Assembly: GCA_036402115.1 (NCBI GenBank)
Contig: DASWTM010000051.1
Location: 184-64,183, forward strand
From: Chryseosolibacter sp.
GTDB lineage: Bacteria; Bacteroidota; Bacteroidia; Cytophagales; Cyclobacteriaceae
Direction: 5' to 3'
DNA: 64,000 bases
Positions within the stretch are counted from its first letter, which is position 1, and each line of letters opens with the position of its first letter. A model generated the notes under the pieces. It was not told the DNA's origin. It saw nothing but the letters and a program-made list of their open reading frames with translations, and made no database searches. This document shows, piece after piece, positions 10,471 to 21,201 of the stretch. The position numbers and the translations under genes were made by a program.

Positions 10471-12405
10471 ATGATGCGAATATTTTTAATAGCAAGCGTG
10501 TGTGTGTCTTTCACGGCTGCGTTTGCACAGAATCACGTCAACTTTGATTCTGCAAAATTCTTTTTCGAGAACGGAAATATTGCTCATGCCAGGGCATTCC
10601 TGGCAAAGGCTATCACTTCTCGTGCTACGGATCAACACGTCTTTCTACTAGCATCACGCATTGAAAATCACGAAGGCTATTTTCAAAAGTCGATTGATTA
10701 TGGATTTCAGGCGAAATCATTGGCACAAGCTGCTGGAGACAAGACAACCGAATCTGCTGCGCTGATTGAAATCGCTTTTTCGTCAATAGAGCTTGGCAAG
10801 ACGGATTCTGTTTTGGTGTATGCTCAACGGGCAGAAGAAACCGACACCACGGGTCTCAATCAGATCGGAGTGCCACTCGTACGGGCGCGGTATTGGCATT
10901 CACTCAATCAACCACCGAAAGCGTTGCCCTTTTATCAAAAGGCATTAACGTTATCGGTAAACAATGGGGCGGTGAAGCATCGCATACTTGCGTTGACAGG
11001 AATGGCCTCGCTTTACTTTTCTTTGGAGCCAAATATGAAACGCGTTATCAGTCTTCTCAATGAAGCGATGAACTTGTCAGACTCTTCGAAGCACGCGGAT
11101 ATTATTGCAAGGAACTGCGCGCGAATGGCCAATGCAAACATGGTGTTGGGAAATTTGCCTCGCGCAGAAGCGTACCTGATGCGCGCGAAAGCCATCACGG
11201 AAATCACGCACAACATGCCCGTTGAAAGCTATGTACTTTCATCGATTGCCATTCTTCGCGCCTTACAAGGGAATCTAACCGAGTCGATTAAAATCGCTGC
11301 TGGGCCGATTCGCATGAAGCGCGAAATGGGTCAGGTAAAAGCCCTTCAAAATGATCTGCTGAACCTGGCTGAATGGCAGATGGAGCTCAAAAAATATGCT
11401 GAGGCAAACGAAACCATTCGCGAAGGCATTGCAACCAGCAGTGCGCTAAACGACTATGTTTTTCTCAACTATTATTATGAGCATCTCGCAACACTAGATT
11501 CGCTGACCGGAAAATTTCCAGACGCGTACTCACACCTGAAGCAGTCGATGATTTTCAAAGACAGCACGATCGCCTTGCAAAATGCAAAAGCTGTTAATGA
11601 GATTCGTGAAAAGTATGAAACCGAACAGCGTGAAAAATTATTAGCAGAAAAAGAGTTAGAGCTGCAGGCTCAACGTGGAAGGATTATCCTCATCCTTTCA
11701 ATAGGCGTGATCGTTGTATTGATCTTTGTTGTTATTCTGATCGTTATCCGAAACCGCCACAAGCTTCGACTCGCCCTTGAAAAACAGCAACAAAACAAAA
11801 TACGGCTTCAAACTATTATTAACACGCAGGAGGAAGTCCAGCAGGATATCGCGCGTGATATTCATGACGGCCTTGTGCAAATGATGGGCGCTGCAAAGCT
11901 CTCGTTGCAGGCGATTCGCCCAGGTGATGAAATCAAAAGCTTGCTGGAAAAGACTTCACGCGCTTCGGCCATTATCGATGATGCCTGTGTCGAAGCGCGG
12001 AATATTTCGCATCAACTGCTTCCGTATTCACTGATGCGTGAAGGTTTTGCTTCCGCCTTACGCGAATTGGTTCAAAACTCGTTTGCCACGTATTCATTCG
12101 ATGGCGAGGACAACATCGAGTTGGATCAGGAAGTCGCGGTGAATTTGTATCGCATCAGCCAGGAAATCATCAACAATATTTCCAAACATGCAGAAGCAAC
12201 GTTTGTTAAGGTCAGCGTGAAGACTTCAGCGCGCCACCTTTCGATCATGTTCGAAGACAACGGAAAAGGCTTCGACCCCATGAAAGTAAAAAAGGGAGCG
12301 GGTCTTGTTAACATTATGACGCGGGCTGAAGTAATCGGAGCTGTGGTAGATATCGCTTCGCAACTAGGAAAAGGAACGATAACGAATATCGAAGTCGACC
12401 TATGA
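10471..12405 (+). CDS. TPR sensor histidine kinase (NarX/HisKA_3 type)
   Basis: IARDIHDGLVQ H-box, YRISQEIINNISKHA N-box, DNGKGF, GAGL; TM segment before the kinase core. Confidence 0.92.
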   Translation: MMRIFLIASVCVSFTAAFAQNHVNFDSAKFFFENGNIAHARAFLAKAITSRATDQHVFLLASRIENHEGYFQKSIDYGFQAKSLAQAAGDKTTESAALIEIAFSSIELGKTDSVLVYAQRAEETDTTGLNQIGVPLVRARYWHSLNQPPKALPFYQKALTLSVNNGAVKHRILALTGMASLYFSLEPNMKRVISLLNEAMNLSDSSKHADIIARNCARMANANMVLGNLPRAEAYLMRAKAITEITHNMPVESYVLSSIAILRALQGNLTESIKIAAGPIRMKREMGQVKALQNDLLNLAEWQMELKKYAEANETIREGIATSSALNDYVFLNYYYEHLATLDSLTGKFPDAYSHLKQSMIFKDSTIALQNAKAVNEIREKYETEQREKLLAEKELELQAQRGRIILILSIGVIVVLIFVVILIVIRNRHKLRLALEKQQQNKIRLQTIINTQEEVQQDIARDIHDGLVQMMGAAKLSLQAIRPGDEIKSLLEKTSRASAIIDDACVEARNISHQLLPYSLMREGFASALRELVQNSFATYSFDGEDNIELDQEVAVNLYRISQEIINNISKHAEATFVKVSVKTSARHLSIMFEDNGKGFDPMKVKKGAGLVNIMTRAEVIGAVVDIASQLGKGTITNIEVDL

Positions 12406-13019
12406 GAAAAATTGGAATTTACATAGCCGATGACCACACGTTGATGCTCGAGGCGATGGGCAGCCTTGTGGAAAGTATCGCGGAGTTGCAATTGCTGGGC
12501 AAATTTACAAGTGGAAAACTCCTCACGGATGCGTTTACAACTGCAGCCGTTAAACCCGAGGTCATTCTGATGGACATTGAGATGCCCGACATGGATGGTG
12601 TTGAAACAACACGCACTCTTCGAAAAATAAACATGCAGGTAAAAATTATCGCATTGACAATGCATCATGAATCGCATTTCATAAGTAAAATGATTGCTGC
12701 CGGTGCAAACGGGTATATCTTGAAAAATGTCGACAGAGATGTATTTCTCCACTCCATCCATAAGGCAATTCAAGGTAAAGACTTCTTTGTGGAGGGTACC
12801 CACTACAAGCAGGAACATGATGCCGACCAGGTATTGTCACAACGCGAACGAGAGATTCTCCGGGAGATTGTCAAAGGGAAATCTAATAAAGAAATCGGAG
12901 CACAATTTTTCATAAGCGACAGAACCGTAGACACGCATCGCACGAACATCAAACGAAAGTTGAAGCTGAATACCCTTTCTCAACTGATGGAGTATGCGAA
13001 AAATAATGGCATCGACTAA
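12402..13019 (+). CDS. NarL/LuxR-family response regulator
   Basis: IADDH, LMDIEMP receiver motifs; LSQRERE...TVDTHRTNIKRKL HTH; overlaps the kinase stop codon (ATGA). Confidence 0.95.
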   Translation: MRKIGIYIADDHTLMLEAMGSLVESIAELQLLGKFTSGKLLTDAFTTAAVKPEVILMDIEMPDMDGVETTRTLRKINMQVKIIALTMHHESHFISKMIAAGANGYILKNVDRDVFLHSIHKAIQGKDFFVEGTHYKQEHDADQVLSQREREILREIVKGKSNKEIGAQFFISDRTVDTHRTNIKRKLKLNTLSQLMEYAKNNGID

Positions 13020-13040
13020 AATGAGTTATCTCCCTGCGTG

Positions 13041-13796
13041 CTAATCGACAAGCCAGTTAGCTACATTGCTCCACCACTCCGATGCGCCAAGCGGAAAACG
13101 CGTGAAATGAACCGCAAGTAGTAGCAGGCCTCCCCAGACATAGACCAGATGAATTCTTTTTCTCTTCACCAGGTCATTAATAATTCCGGCAAAGAGAATT
13201 CCGTGCTGAATAAACAGAATCAAAAAGAAATTTGAAATCCCAAAAATTCCCGTGATACGGCCAACCGCTGCGGGAATTACCGAAAGCGTCATTAATATAA
13301 TAAGGCGTTTATGACTTTCAGAATCTTTCATCTTAACTAGCACAGCAACAAAATACGTTGTAAACAGAAGCATATCGGTCATCGGAACGATCAAAAATTG
13401 CTTAGCAGTAAAACCACCCACAGTCAGCACGGGACTGTTTAATCTGGCACCGGTTATTGCGACAATCACTCCGAAGATGATCATCAGCCCTGCCAGCACG
13501 AGTCCACCGATGCCAAGCTTTTTGTGAATCCGCGTGTAACCCAGCCGCACTAAGAGGGGCTGCACGATAAAAAGTACCATCCACAAAAAATAAAGAAACG
13601 CATGCGTATGCACCAATGGTCGAAAGGAGCCCGAGCGACTTATCATCGGTTGCACGTAAGTCAACGTAAAGCCTGCCAACACAATGACCATCGCCCAAAT
13701 GGAAATAATCACGTAGTAGTTTGAACGGGTTCGCGCCTTCTTAGCTACAGTTGAAGTTCCTGGACCTGGTAATTCAAGATCAATAGAGGGTTTCAT
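13041..13796 (-). CDS. Multi-pass membrane protein of unknown function
   Basis: About seven hydrophobic segments with conserved-looking His residues (VHTHA, HKKLG, HKRL); ATG 13796 is the likelier start. Confidence 0.75.
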   Translation of the reverse strand: MKPSIDLELPGPGTSTVAKKARTRSNYYVIISIWAMVIVLAGFTLTYVQPMISRSGSFRPLVHTHAFLYFLWMVLFIVQPLLVRLGYTRIHKKLGIGGLVLAGLMIIFGVIVAITGARLNSPVLTVGGFTAKQFLIVPMTDMLLFTTYFVAVLVKMKDSESHKRLIILMTLSVIPAAVGRITGIFGISNFFLILFIQHGILFAGIINDLVKRKRIHLVYVWGGLLLLAVHFTRFPLGASEWWSNVANWLVD

Positions 13797-13972
13797 GGCA
13801 GTGGGTTTAAAATAAAGATAAATCTTTCTGTGAGGACTGACAAGCGTTAGGCCTGCCACTCGCTAATGGTTAAGGGAATCTCCGTATTTCGATTGCGTCA
13901 CGGCAAATCGATCTACTCTCAAACAACTTTATGTGTCTGAAGGAGTATAACAATCCACAGGTAAAAAAATTT

Positions 13973-15511
13973 ATGAAGAGAATTATCGAATACGTACTGG
14001 TAGTTGCCCTCGCACTTTTTGCGATGGGATGCGACAAGGAAGATGCCATCACGAAAAAATCGGGAAGAGTTTCCTTTTCCTTTCAGCAAAAGCAACTTTC
14101 CGGTGGACGCTCAAACGCGACCGGAACGCCTACCTCAATTTACTTAACTGTACAAAACAGCGCGGGAGAGGCGGTCCTCGAAAACAAAAAGCTGACGTTG
14201 CTTGGCTTTGGAAGCGGATACGTGACGGAGAACATCACACTTGAAACAGGTAGTTACAAAATCACTTCGTTTATCGTTGTAAATGAAAACAATCAGGCGA
14301 TGTATGCAACACCTGTTGCGGGATCCCCAAAAGCCAACCTGGTTTCGAATCCCCTACCGATTCCGTTTTTTGTTTCAGAAGACGCAGCAACGCAGATTAA
14401 GCCAGAAGTCTTGGAAATTTCATCAACTGACAATCCAGAAGCGTTTGGTTATGCCTCTTTCAGTTTCGATGTGGTTCAACCAGACAAACTGAGCGTGCGG
14501 GTTAAAGTTGAATTGACTGTAGGCGATATCGTCTACCAGGATGTTGATACAAAAATAATCGTGACAGGGTTCAATGCTGACAACGTTCAACAATGGAGCA
14601 GTGAATATTCATACGTTGGTCCTACCGATAACGACTTGCAAATCAAAAAGGGATTTCATCACTATGAATTTGCAATTAATCACTGGGGAATTACTGACAA
14701 GCAAATCATCTCCGGGGAACACCTGGAAGAAGGTGCTGCTGGCGAAGTGCCCACTACGTATGTGCTTGGTGGCGCCGGACAGCCTAAAAAAGTGTCGTAT
14801 TTTATCAATTACACAGAGCGCGCAGATCCGAACGAGTGGGGAGCTACCTATTTGGATCCGGAATCGAAAATAGAATATGAATATCGCGTGGATGGCAAGC
14901 CGAGCAAGATGCGCATCTATGGATTTGTTGACAGCTTAAACACGTTTGTCGAGCAGCGATACTTTGTCTTCCTGTATGCGGCCGAAAGACTGACACAGCT
15001 TTCGGGATATCATGTTGGCCACACCGCTCCGTACATCGAAGACTTCTACACCTATCAGGATGACGGTCATGTCTCCAGAATTCAGGAAGTCAACTATGCC
15101 GCTGGAGTAACTTCGGAAGTCAATATCACCTATAACTATACTGATCGATTGATCAAAGCTGCGTATACCTTCTCAAATGGAGGCTCTTTCGAATATGAGT
15201 TCAATTATGTTTATAAAAATATTTCGAAGGATAAGACAACTCGATTTGGCGGTTTGTGTAACACAGGAACTTACACGTATGACAAGAACATCAATCCGTT
15301 AGCGCACCTTGGCTATCTGGATTATAACTTCAGAAATTTTTCGATTAACAATAAGATTGCCGAGAACGTGAATTACGTAGGATGTGCATTCCCCTCACTA
15401 ATCCCTGAATCCATTCAGTACAAGTATGATGGCGAAGGTTTTCCAACCGAACAAAAGACGCTTTACAAATCGAGCACGTTGTCGATGGTGACAAGATATT
15501 TCTATCAATAA
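13973..15511 (+). CDS. Hypothetical lipoprotein with a C-terminal Tyr-rich beta-strand repeat region
   Basis: Lipobox FAMGC from ATG 13973; repeated Y-x-Y strands (EYEY, YTYD, YKYD). Confidence 0.75.
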   Translation: MKRIIEYVLVVALALFAMGCDKEDAITKKSGRVSFSFQQKQLSGGRSNATGTPTSIYLTVQNSAGEAVLENKKLTLLGFGSGYVTENITLETGSYKITSFIVVNENNQAMYATPVAGSPKANLVSNPLPIPFFVSEDAATQIKPEVLEISSTDNPEAFGYASFSFDVVQPDKLSVRVKVELTVGDIVYQDVDTKIIVTGFNADNVQQWSSEYSYVGPTDNDLQIKKGFHHYEFAINHWGITDKQIISGEHLEEGAAGEVPTTYVLGGAGQPKKVSYFINYTERADPNEWGATYLDPESKIEYEYRVDGKPSKMRIYGFVDSLNTFVEQRYFVFLYAAERLTQLSGYHVGHTAPYIEDFYTYQDDGHVSRIQEVNYAAGVTSEVNITYNYTDRLIKAAYTFSNGGSFEYEFNYVYKNISKDKTTRFGGLCNTGTYTYDKNINPLAHLGYLDYNFRNFSINNKIAENVNYVGCAFPSLIPESIQYKYDGEGFPTEQKTLYKSSTLSMVTRYFYQ

Positions 15512-15599
15512 GGCTTTCAGATTGGGAATGAGCGCGTGCTGATTTGTGTCAGCCGCAAGAGAACGCTTCGAAAGGAGCGTTCTTCTTTTTTGCGTTTTC

Positions 15600-15947
15600 T
15601 CAGCGCCCGTTATGAAGGACAACTATTTTCGTTGGATGACTGAGTTTGAAATCCTTCTTTTTGTTGTTGATACCGATCGCTTTATTGACATAGCCCTTGG
15701 TGTAATCTTTTACTCGGGCATCGAATTCAATCGTACATCCTTCCGTGATTTTTGCTTTTTGAAAGGCAAGCGAAAAAGTAAACCAGAGGTGATCTGCAAC
15801 CACCTCCTTCGACTCGGCATCCGTAATCTCTTTCAGTAAAATCGTATCTTCTGAATAGCCCTTATAATTGACCTTCTTTCCAAATCGGTCAACACGTGCG
15901 TTAAACCGCTTCCGAATTCCCGCATCTTCCGCCAGTCGTTTCCTCAA
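15600..15947 (-). CDS. Small basic hypothetical protein
   Basis: 115-aa ORF with TTG start; protein-like composition (DHLWF, FDARV, YTKGY, KLSHPTK). Confidence 0.65.
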   Translation of the reverse strand: MRKRLAEDAGIRKRFNARVDRFGKKVNYKGYSEDTILLKEITDAESKEVVADHLWFTFSLAFQKAKITEGCTIEFDARVKDYTKGYVNKAIGINNKKKDFKLSHPTKIVVLHNGR

Positions 15948-16115
15948 AACTTGTTCTTAAAACATTCACCAATAAAAAAGTTTGTGGCTCATGGTGCCAA
16001 CCGAAAACCACAAACTACAAACTCCAAACTACCAACGTTTCCCGGCAACCGGTCGCAGGCGACTCTATCATACTGAGCTACTTGCTCTAGCATTCCCGGC
16101 CTCCCGGCTTCCCTA

Positions 16116-16562
16116 CTATACTCCTTCTACTTCTTTAATTACAATCTTTTCCATTTTGTCCCCTTGCCTGATCTGATCGATCACTTCAAGGCCTTCGTAC
16201 ACTTTGCCGAATACGGTATGGTTGCGATCGAGGTGCTTCGTGTTTTCCCGACTATGACAAATGAAGAATTGAGAACCCCCTGTGTTTCTGCCGGCATGCG
16301 CCATCGAGAGAACACCTCGGTCATGATACTGATTGTCGCCTGTCAGCTCGCAATCGATTTTGTAACCCGGCCCGCCATTACCGATTCCATTCGGGCAGCC
16401 GCCCTGAATCACGAAATTTGGAATAACGCGATGAAACGTCAGCCCATCGTAGAAATTATGTTCAGCGAGGTCAATAAAATTTTTAACTGTTTTAGGCGCA
16501 TCCTTTTCGAAGAACTTGATCTTCATAACGCCTTTCTGGGTGTGAATTTCAGCTATTTTCAT
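16116..16562 (-). CDS. Cyclophilin-type peptidyl-prolyl cis-trans isomerase
   Basis: [36 protein letters not shown]. Confidence 0.95.
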   Translation of the reverse strand: MKIAEIHTQKGVMKIKFFEKDAPKTVKNFIDLAEHNFYDGLTFHRVIPNFVIQGGCPNGIGNGGPGYKIDCELTGDNQYHDRGVLSMAHAGRNTGGSQFFICHSRENTKHLDRNHTVFGKVYEGLEVIDQIRQGDKMEKIVIKEVEGV

Positions 16563-16575
16563 GGACGCGAAATTA

Positions 16576-16770
16576 CCCCAAAATCACCTAAAGGGGAGGC
16601 TTTCACCCTCTAAAAATTTTGTTCAACCTCAGCATGAAACGACTGCATTATCTTGGATTTTGGTTCTTGGCTTTTGGATTTTCAAGCCGTACAACTGATT
16701 TAAAGACAGTTATGATTTAATTGTTCCGGTGAGTAATTTGACCCCTGAGCTCCCCTTGGGGATTTACGGG
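16576..16770. repeat. REP-like inverted element (CCCTAAAGGG family) enclosing a TTGGATT-like tandem repeat
   Basis: ccccaaaatcacctaaaggggaggct (16576-16601) vs agctccccttggggatttacggg (16748-16770); similar arms at 31578-31731. Confidence 0.6.
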
Positions 16771-16774
16771 TGTT

Positions 16775-17350
16775 ATGAAAATAGGTCTCTTCTTCGGTTC
16801 GTTCAATCCCATCCATATGGGCCACCTCATCATTGCCAACCTGATGGTGGAGAGTGGTGACCTGAAGAAAGTGTGGTTTGTTGTGTCGCCTCAGAATCCG
16901 TTCAAGCCGAGCAAGGGGCTTCTTCATGAGCATGACCGCTATGATATGGTACGTGCCGCGATCCACGACAATTATAAACTCGAAGTGTCGGACATTGAAT
17001 TCCATCTGCCAAAGCCCAGTTATACCATTCATACGCTGGTCCATCTGAAGGAAAAGCATCCCGATAAAGAATTCAAGATAATCATTGGGGAAGACAACCT
17101 CGGCAGTTTCACCAAGTGGAAAAATTATGAGATCATTCTGCGCGACTATGGATTATATGTATATCCACGGCCGGGCGCGCAACCTTCAGAACTAAAACAG
17201 CATCCTAACGTTACTATGGTGGACGCGCCCATGCTCGACATTTCCGCTACATTCATTCGCGAAACAATCAGAAAAGGACGTTCTGTGCGTTATCTGGTTG
17301 CCGACCCGGTTGAGGAAATGATCCGGACTAAAGGCTTCTACCTTCATTGA
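16775..17350 (+). CDS. nadD: Nicotinate-nucleotide adenylyltransferase
   Basis: FFGSFNPIHMGH (HxGH), PQNPFK, SYTIHT, IIGEDN, ISATFIR. Confidence 0.95.
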   Translation: MKIGLFFGSFNPIHMGHLIIANLMVESGDLKKVWFVVSPQNPFKPSKGLLHEHDRYDMVRAAIHDNYKLEVSDIEFHLPKPSYTIHTLVHLKEKHPDKEFKIIIGEDNLGSFTKWKNYEIILRDYGLYVYPRPGAQPSELKQHPNVTMVDAPMLDISATFIRETIRKGRSVRYLVADPVEEMIRTKGFYLH

Positions 17351-20025
17351 AAATTCTGATACGCTTGAATAAATTTTTACCTCTCGCTTTTGTCTTTCTT
17401 ATTTCCCTCTCACCACTACTGGCTCAAACCGGTGGTGTCAAGGGTACTATCAAAGCGGATGACGGGTCATCACTCTCCTTTGCAACAATCTTTGTAAAGC
17501 AACTCGGAACAGGCACAACGGCAAACGAAGACGGAAACTTTGAAATCCAACTCGCACCCGGCCGATACGAATTGGTCTTCCAGCATCTGGGTAAACGCAC
17601 TGCGGTCCGGGTTGTGCAGGTGACGAATGAATTTGTTCAACTTGACATTACACTGGCGCCCCAGGATATCATCCTTGAGACCGTGGAAGTGGATGGCAAT
17701 GCGGAAGACCCTGCCTACACCATTATGCGCAAGGCGATCGCGAAAGCGAATTATCACCGAAATATTCTGGACAGTTATACAGCACGAGTTTATATCAAAG
17801 GAGCCGGCAAACTTAAGGACTATCCATGGCTGGCGAAAAAGCAACTCGAAAAGGAAGGGATCGAGAAGAACCGCGTTTACATTTCCGAATCTGTCAGTGA
17901 TATCAAGTTTACGCGGCCGAATAAATTCGAAGAGAAAGTTATTTCCATTCGAAGTGATGGCAAGGACAACAATACCTCTCCCAACTCATTCATCTTCGGA
18001 AGTTTTTACGAGCCGGAAGTAGCTGAGACGATTTCACCTCTGTCTCCAAAGGCGTTTTCGTATTACAAGTTCGAATATCATGGAACGTATAAGGATCGCG
18101 ATTATGACATCAGCCGCATCAAGGTTATTCCACGTTCAAAAGGTGACAATGTTGTAGATGGTATGATTTATATCGTGGAAGATTCCTGGAGTCTCCACAG
18201 CGTTGATATTCATACGAATAAGCTTGGGATCGATATCTACATGCAGATGATGGCGAATCCGATCGAAGACAAAGTTTGGCTTCCGGTATCGCACAAATTC
18301 AAAGTCGATGGTAAAGTATTCGGATTTGAATTTGAATACAATTACCTGGCGTCTGTAAGCAATTACAAGATTGCGCTCAATCCGAAGTTGTATGTTGAAA
18401 ACATGGACGTGATCGATGAGAAAAAAGAAAAAGATCTAGCCAAAGAGATCGAAAAAAAACAAAAACCGATCACGAAGAAAAAATCGGGTGACGATACGAA
18501 AAAACTGCAGGAGCGTCTCGCTGCAGGTGAAGAAATCACCCGAAAAGAGTTGAAGACGATTGTGAAAGAGTATGAGAAAGAGGAACGCAAGCAACAAAAG
18601 GAACCCGAAGTTCTGTCCGACAACACGTTTACTATCGATAGCCTCGCCTACAAGAAAGATTCGTCTTACTGGGCGATGGTTCGCCCGATTCCTCTGACAA
18701 GAGAAGAAATTAAAGGCTATGAAAAGTCTGACAGCATTGCAAAAATCGAACGTGCAAAAGAGGAAGGCGACACGCTGAAGCAATCTAAACACAAAGGATT
18801 TCAACCCTGGGATATTCTCACGGGTGACAATTATAAAATTGGCAAGCATTCGAACTTCCGGATCTACACACCGACCGGGGGTTTTAACACGGTCGAGGGA
18901 TTTAATCTTGTTTACAAAGTTGCTATCGGAACAGTTCTGCAGGATACAAACAGAACGCGGTTGAGCATCACACCACTTGTGCGTTACTCGTTCGAGCGCG
19001 AAAAATTCCTAGGCTATGGAACATTCCGGATTTCAAATCGAAAAACACGACTTGAGTTTGAACGCGGTGTGTATGTCGAGCAATATAATTCTGATGACCC
19101 AATTCTGCCGATTGTAAATACGCTCACCACGCTTTTGCTGGAACGGAATCTGATGAAGATTTACGAGCGCGATTACTATGAGCTTCGATATCGCAGAGTC
19201 GTCAATCCATTCCTCACCGTCACAACAAATTGGCAATGGTCTGAACGGACTGAACTTTTCAACAACAGCGACTTCAAATTGATCGATCGAAAGAAAGTCG
19301 AAGGGTACACACCTAATCGTCCTGCAAATGAAGAGTTACCAAACGACTACACAGACTTTGAAGGAACGGGTTTCCCGAAACATACAGCGTTCATCGGTGC
19401 TGTAGGGTTGAGCGCAAGACCATGGCTGAAGTATAGGATTCGGAACGGACGCAAATATGCCATCGATCGATCATCACCTACGTTGATGCTCGATTATCGC
19501 AGGGCGTTTCCATCACCGACTTTGAGTGGCGATGTTGAGTTTGACAATCTCGAGCTAGGTATCAAACACGAAATCAAAATGGGCGCGCGTGGCATATTTC
19601 ATTTTGCGCTGCGAGGTGGAACGTTTTTCAACAACGACCCCATGTATTTCATGGATTACAAGCACTTCCAGGGTAACAGAACACCACTGATCACGAGCGA
19701 TCCAGCTGGAAGTTTTCGTCTGCTTGACTACTACAAGTACAGCACGAACAATGAATATTTCGTAGCAAACGCTCACTACCAGTTCCGCAAGTTTCTAGTG
19801 TCGAACATCACGTATGTTCGCCTTGCGGGAATTCGTGAAAATGTGTTCATCAATTACCTGGCAACACCAACCTCCGGAAATTACACCGAGGTCGGATATT
19901 CCATTGATAACATCTTACGCATTTTCCGCCTGGAAGCAGCCGCAGCTTTTCGTGAGGGCAGGATGATGGACTATGGATTTAGGTTTGGGATTGCAACAAG
20001 TATTGCAGTGAACTTCTCCGATTAG
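17347..20025 (+). CDS. Outer-membrane protein with N-terminal carboxypeptidase-regulatory-like domain (DUF5686-like)
   Basis: Signal peptide; GTTANEDGNF prealbumin-like N-domain; ISPLS...YYKF; alternating beta-strands at the C-terminus; TTG start overlaps the nadD stop. Confidence 0.75.
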   Translation: MKILIRLNKFLPLAFVFLISLSPLLAQTGGVKGTIKADDGSSLSFATIFVKQLGTGTTANEDGNFEIQLAPGRYELVFQHLGKRTAVRVVQVTNEFVQLDITLAPQDIILETVEVDGNAEDPAYTIMRKAIAKANYHRNILDSYTARVYIKGAGKLKDYPWLAKKQLEKEGIEKNRVYISESVSDIKFTRPNKFEEKVISIRSDGKDNNTSPNSFIFGSFYEPEVAETISPLSPKAFSYYKFEYHGTYKDRDYDISRIKVIPRSKGDNVVDGMIYIVEDSWSLHSVDIHTNKLGIDIYMQMMANPIEDKVWLPVSHKFKVDGKVFGFEFEYNYLASVSNYKIALNPKLYVENMDVIDEKKEKDLAKEIEKKQKPITKKKSGDDTKKLQERLAAGEEITRKELKTIVKEYEKEERKQQKEPEVLSDNTFTIDSLAYKKDSSYWAMVRPIPLTREEIKGYEKSDSIAKIERAKEEGDTLKQSKHKGFQPWDILTGDNYKIGKHSNFRIYTPTGGFNTVEGFNLVYKVAIGTVLQDTNRTRLSITPLVRYSFEREKFLGYGTFRISNRKTRLEFERGVYVEQYNSDDPILPIVNTLTTLLLERNLMKIYERDYYELRYRRVVNPFLTVTTNWQWSERTELFNNSDFKLIDRKKVEGYTPNRPANEELPNDYTDFEGTGFPKHTAFIGAVGLSARPWLKYRIRNGRKYAIDRSSPTLMLDYRRAFPSPTLSGDVEFDNLELGIKHEIKMGARGIFHFALRGGTFFNNDPMYFMDYKHFQGNRTPLITSDPAGSFRLLDYYKYSTNNEYFVANAHYQFRKFLVSNITYVRLAGIRENVFINYLATPTSGNYTEVGYSIDNILRIFRLEAAAAFREGRMMDYGFRFGIATSIAVNFSD

Positions 20026-20026
20026 C

Positions 20027-20075
20027 AAGTCGACAGTTCACTGTCGTCTATCGACCGTGGACTGTCGACTTTTCT
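20027..20075 (+). terminator. Intrinsic terminator after the DUF5686-like gene
   Basis: 15-bp stem aagtcgacagttcac/gtggactgtcgactt followed by tttct. Confidence 0.7.
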
Positions 20076-20083
20076 TATCTTTG
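20076..20083 (+). promoter_or_regulatory. Bacteroidota -7 promoter element 4 nt before the mnmH start codon
   Basis: TATCTTTG matches TAnnTTTG. Confidence 0.65.
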
Positions 20084-20087
20084 CATC

Positions 20088-21116
20088 GTGATTATCTCCG
20101 TTCCAGAATTCCTGAAATTACGCAAGACTCTGCCTGTCGCTGACGTTCGGTCAGAGGGTGAATTTATGGAAGGGCACATCCCCGGTGCTGTTAATATCCC
20201 CATCCTCAATAACGAAGAACGCAAGGCTGTTGGGACCGATTACAAACAGAAAGGCCAGCTCGAGGCGATCAAAACGGGGTTTAGGCTTGTAGGTCCGCGC
20301 ATCATTGACATTGTAACTGAAGCAGAACAAGTGGCGAACGGCAACGAACTGCTCGTGCACTGCTGGCGTGGGGGAATGCGTTCCGGAAATTTCTGTCATT
20401 TCGTTGGGATGGCGAAGATGAAAACCCATCAGCTAAGCGGTGGCTATAAAGCATACCGCCACGAGGTAAATCAGTCCTTCAAACTTCCGTTTCAACTTGT
20501 CGTAATCGGAGGAAGTACGGGAAGTGGTAAAAGTGAAATTCTCAGAACACTCAAAGAAAAAGGCGAGCAGGTTATAGACCTGGAAAAATTAGCCAATCAT
20601 AAAGGTTCGGTATTTGGTGGACTGATGATGCCGCCTCAGCCAACCACGGAACAATTTCAAAACAATCTGTTTGAAGAAATTCAACAGCTTGATCTAAGCA
20701 GGAGAATTTGGATTGAAGATGAATCGATCGCTGTGGGTAAAATTTTTCTTCCACTGGATCTTTGGCATGCCATGTCGAAGGCTCCTCTGGTTGAAGTTGT
20801 AGTTTCAAAAGAAGATCGCATCAAGCGACTGGTCGCTGAATATGGGTCGGCACCAAAAGAGGAATTCCTCGCAAGCATGGAAAAAATTGTGAAGAAACTT
20901 GGAGGCCAGCACTTCAATTCCGCAAAGGCGAAGCTCATGGAAGGAGACATGTCTTCTACAATCGATATCCTGCTGAATTACTACGACAAAGCCTATGCTA
21001 CTGGGATGTCGAAGAAGACAAATCGGATTGCCTTGCGTTCAACCTGGAATTCAACGGACTCAAGCAATCTTGTGGACGAGCTTTTGAGCGCTAACGTGGA
21101 ACCAGTACGCGGCTGA
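20088..21116 (+). CDS. mnmH: tRNA 2-selenouridine synthase
   Basis: Rhodanese DVRSEGEF..GHIPGA, VHCWRGGMRS, GGYKAYR; P-loop GSTGSGKS; DLEKLANHKGS; EDES; selD nearby. Confidence 0.95.
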   Translation: MIISVPEFLKLRKTLPVADVRSEGEFMEGHIPGAVNIPILNNEERKAVGTDYKQKGQLEAIKTGFRLVGPRIIDIVTEAEQVANGNELLVHCWRGGMRSGNFCHFVGMAKMKTHQLSGGYKAYRHEVNQSFKLPFQLVVIGGSTGSGKSEILRTLKEKGEQVIDLEKLANHKGSVFGGLMMPPQPTTEQFQNNLFEEIQQLDLSRRIWIEDESIAVGKIFLPLDLWHAMSKAPLVEVVVSKEDRIKRLVAEYGSAPKEEFLASMEKIVKKLGGQHFNSAKAKLMEGDMSSTIDILLNYYDKAYATGMSKKTNRIALRSTWNSTDSSNLVDELLSANVEPVRG

Positions 21117-21201
21117 ACTTCACACAACACATTTATACCAAATCCGGGGCTTACATCGAGATTATTAATTAAAGACATTGGGTGATTAACAAAATCACAT
21201 C

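Noticed and set aside
12126-12818. 230-aa minus-strand ORF
   Set aside because: Antisense shadow of the kinase and response regulator.
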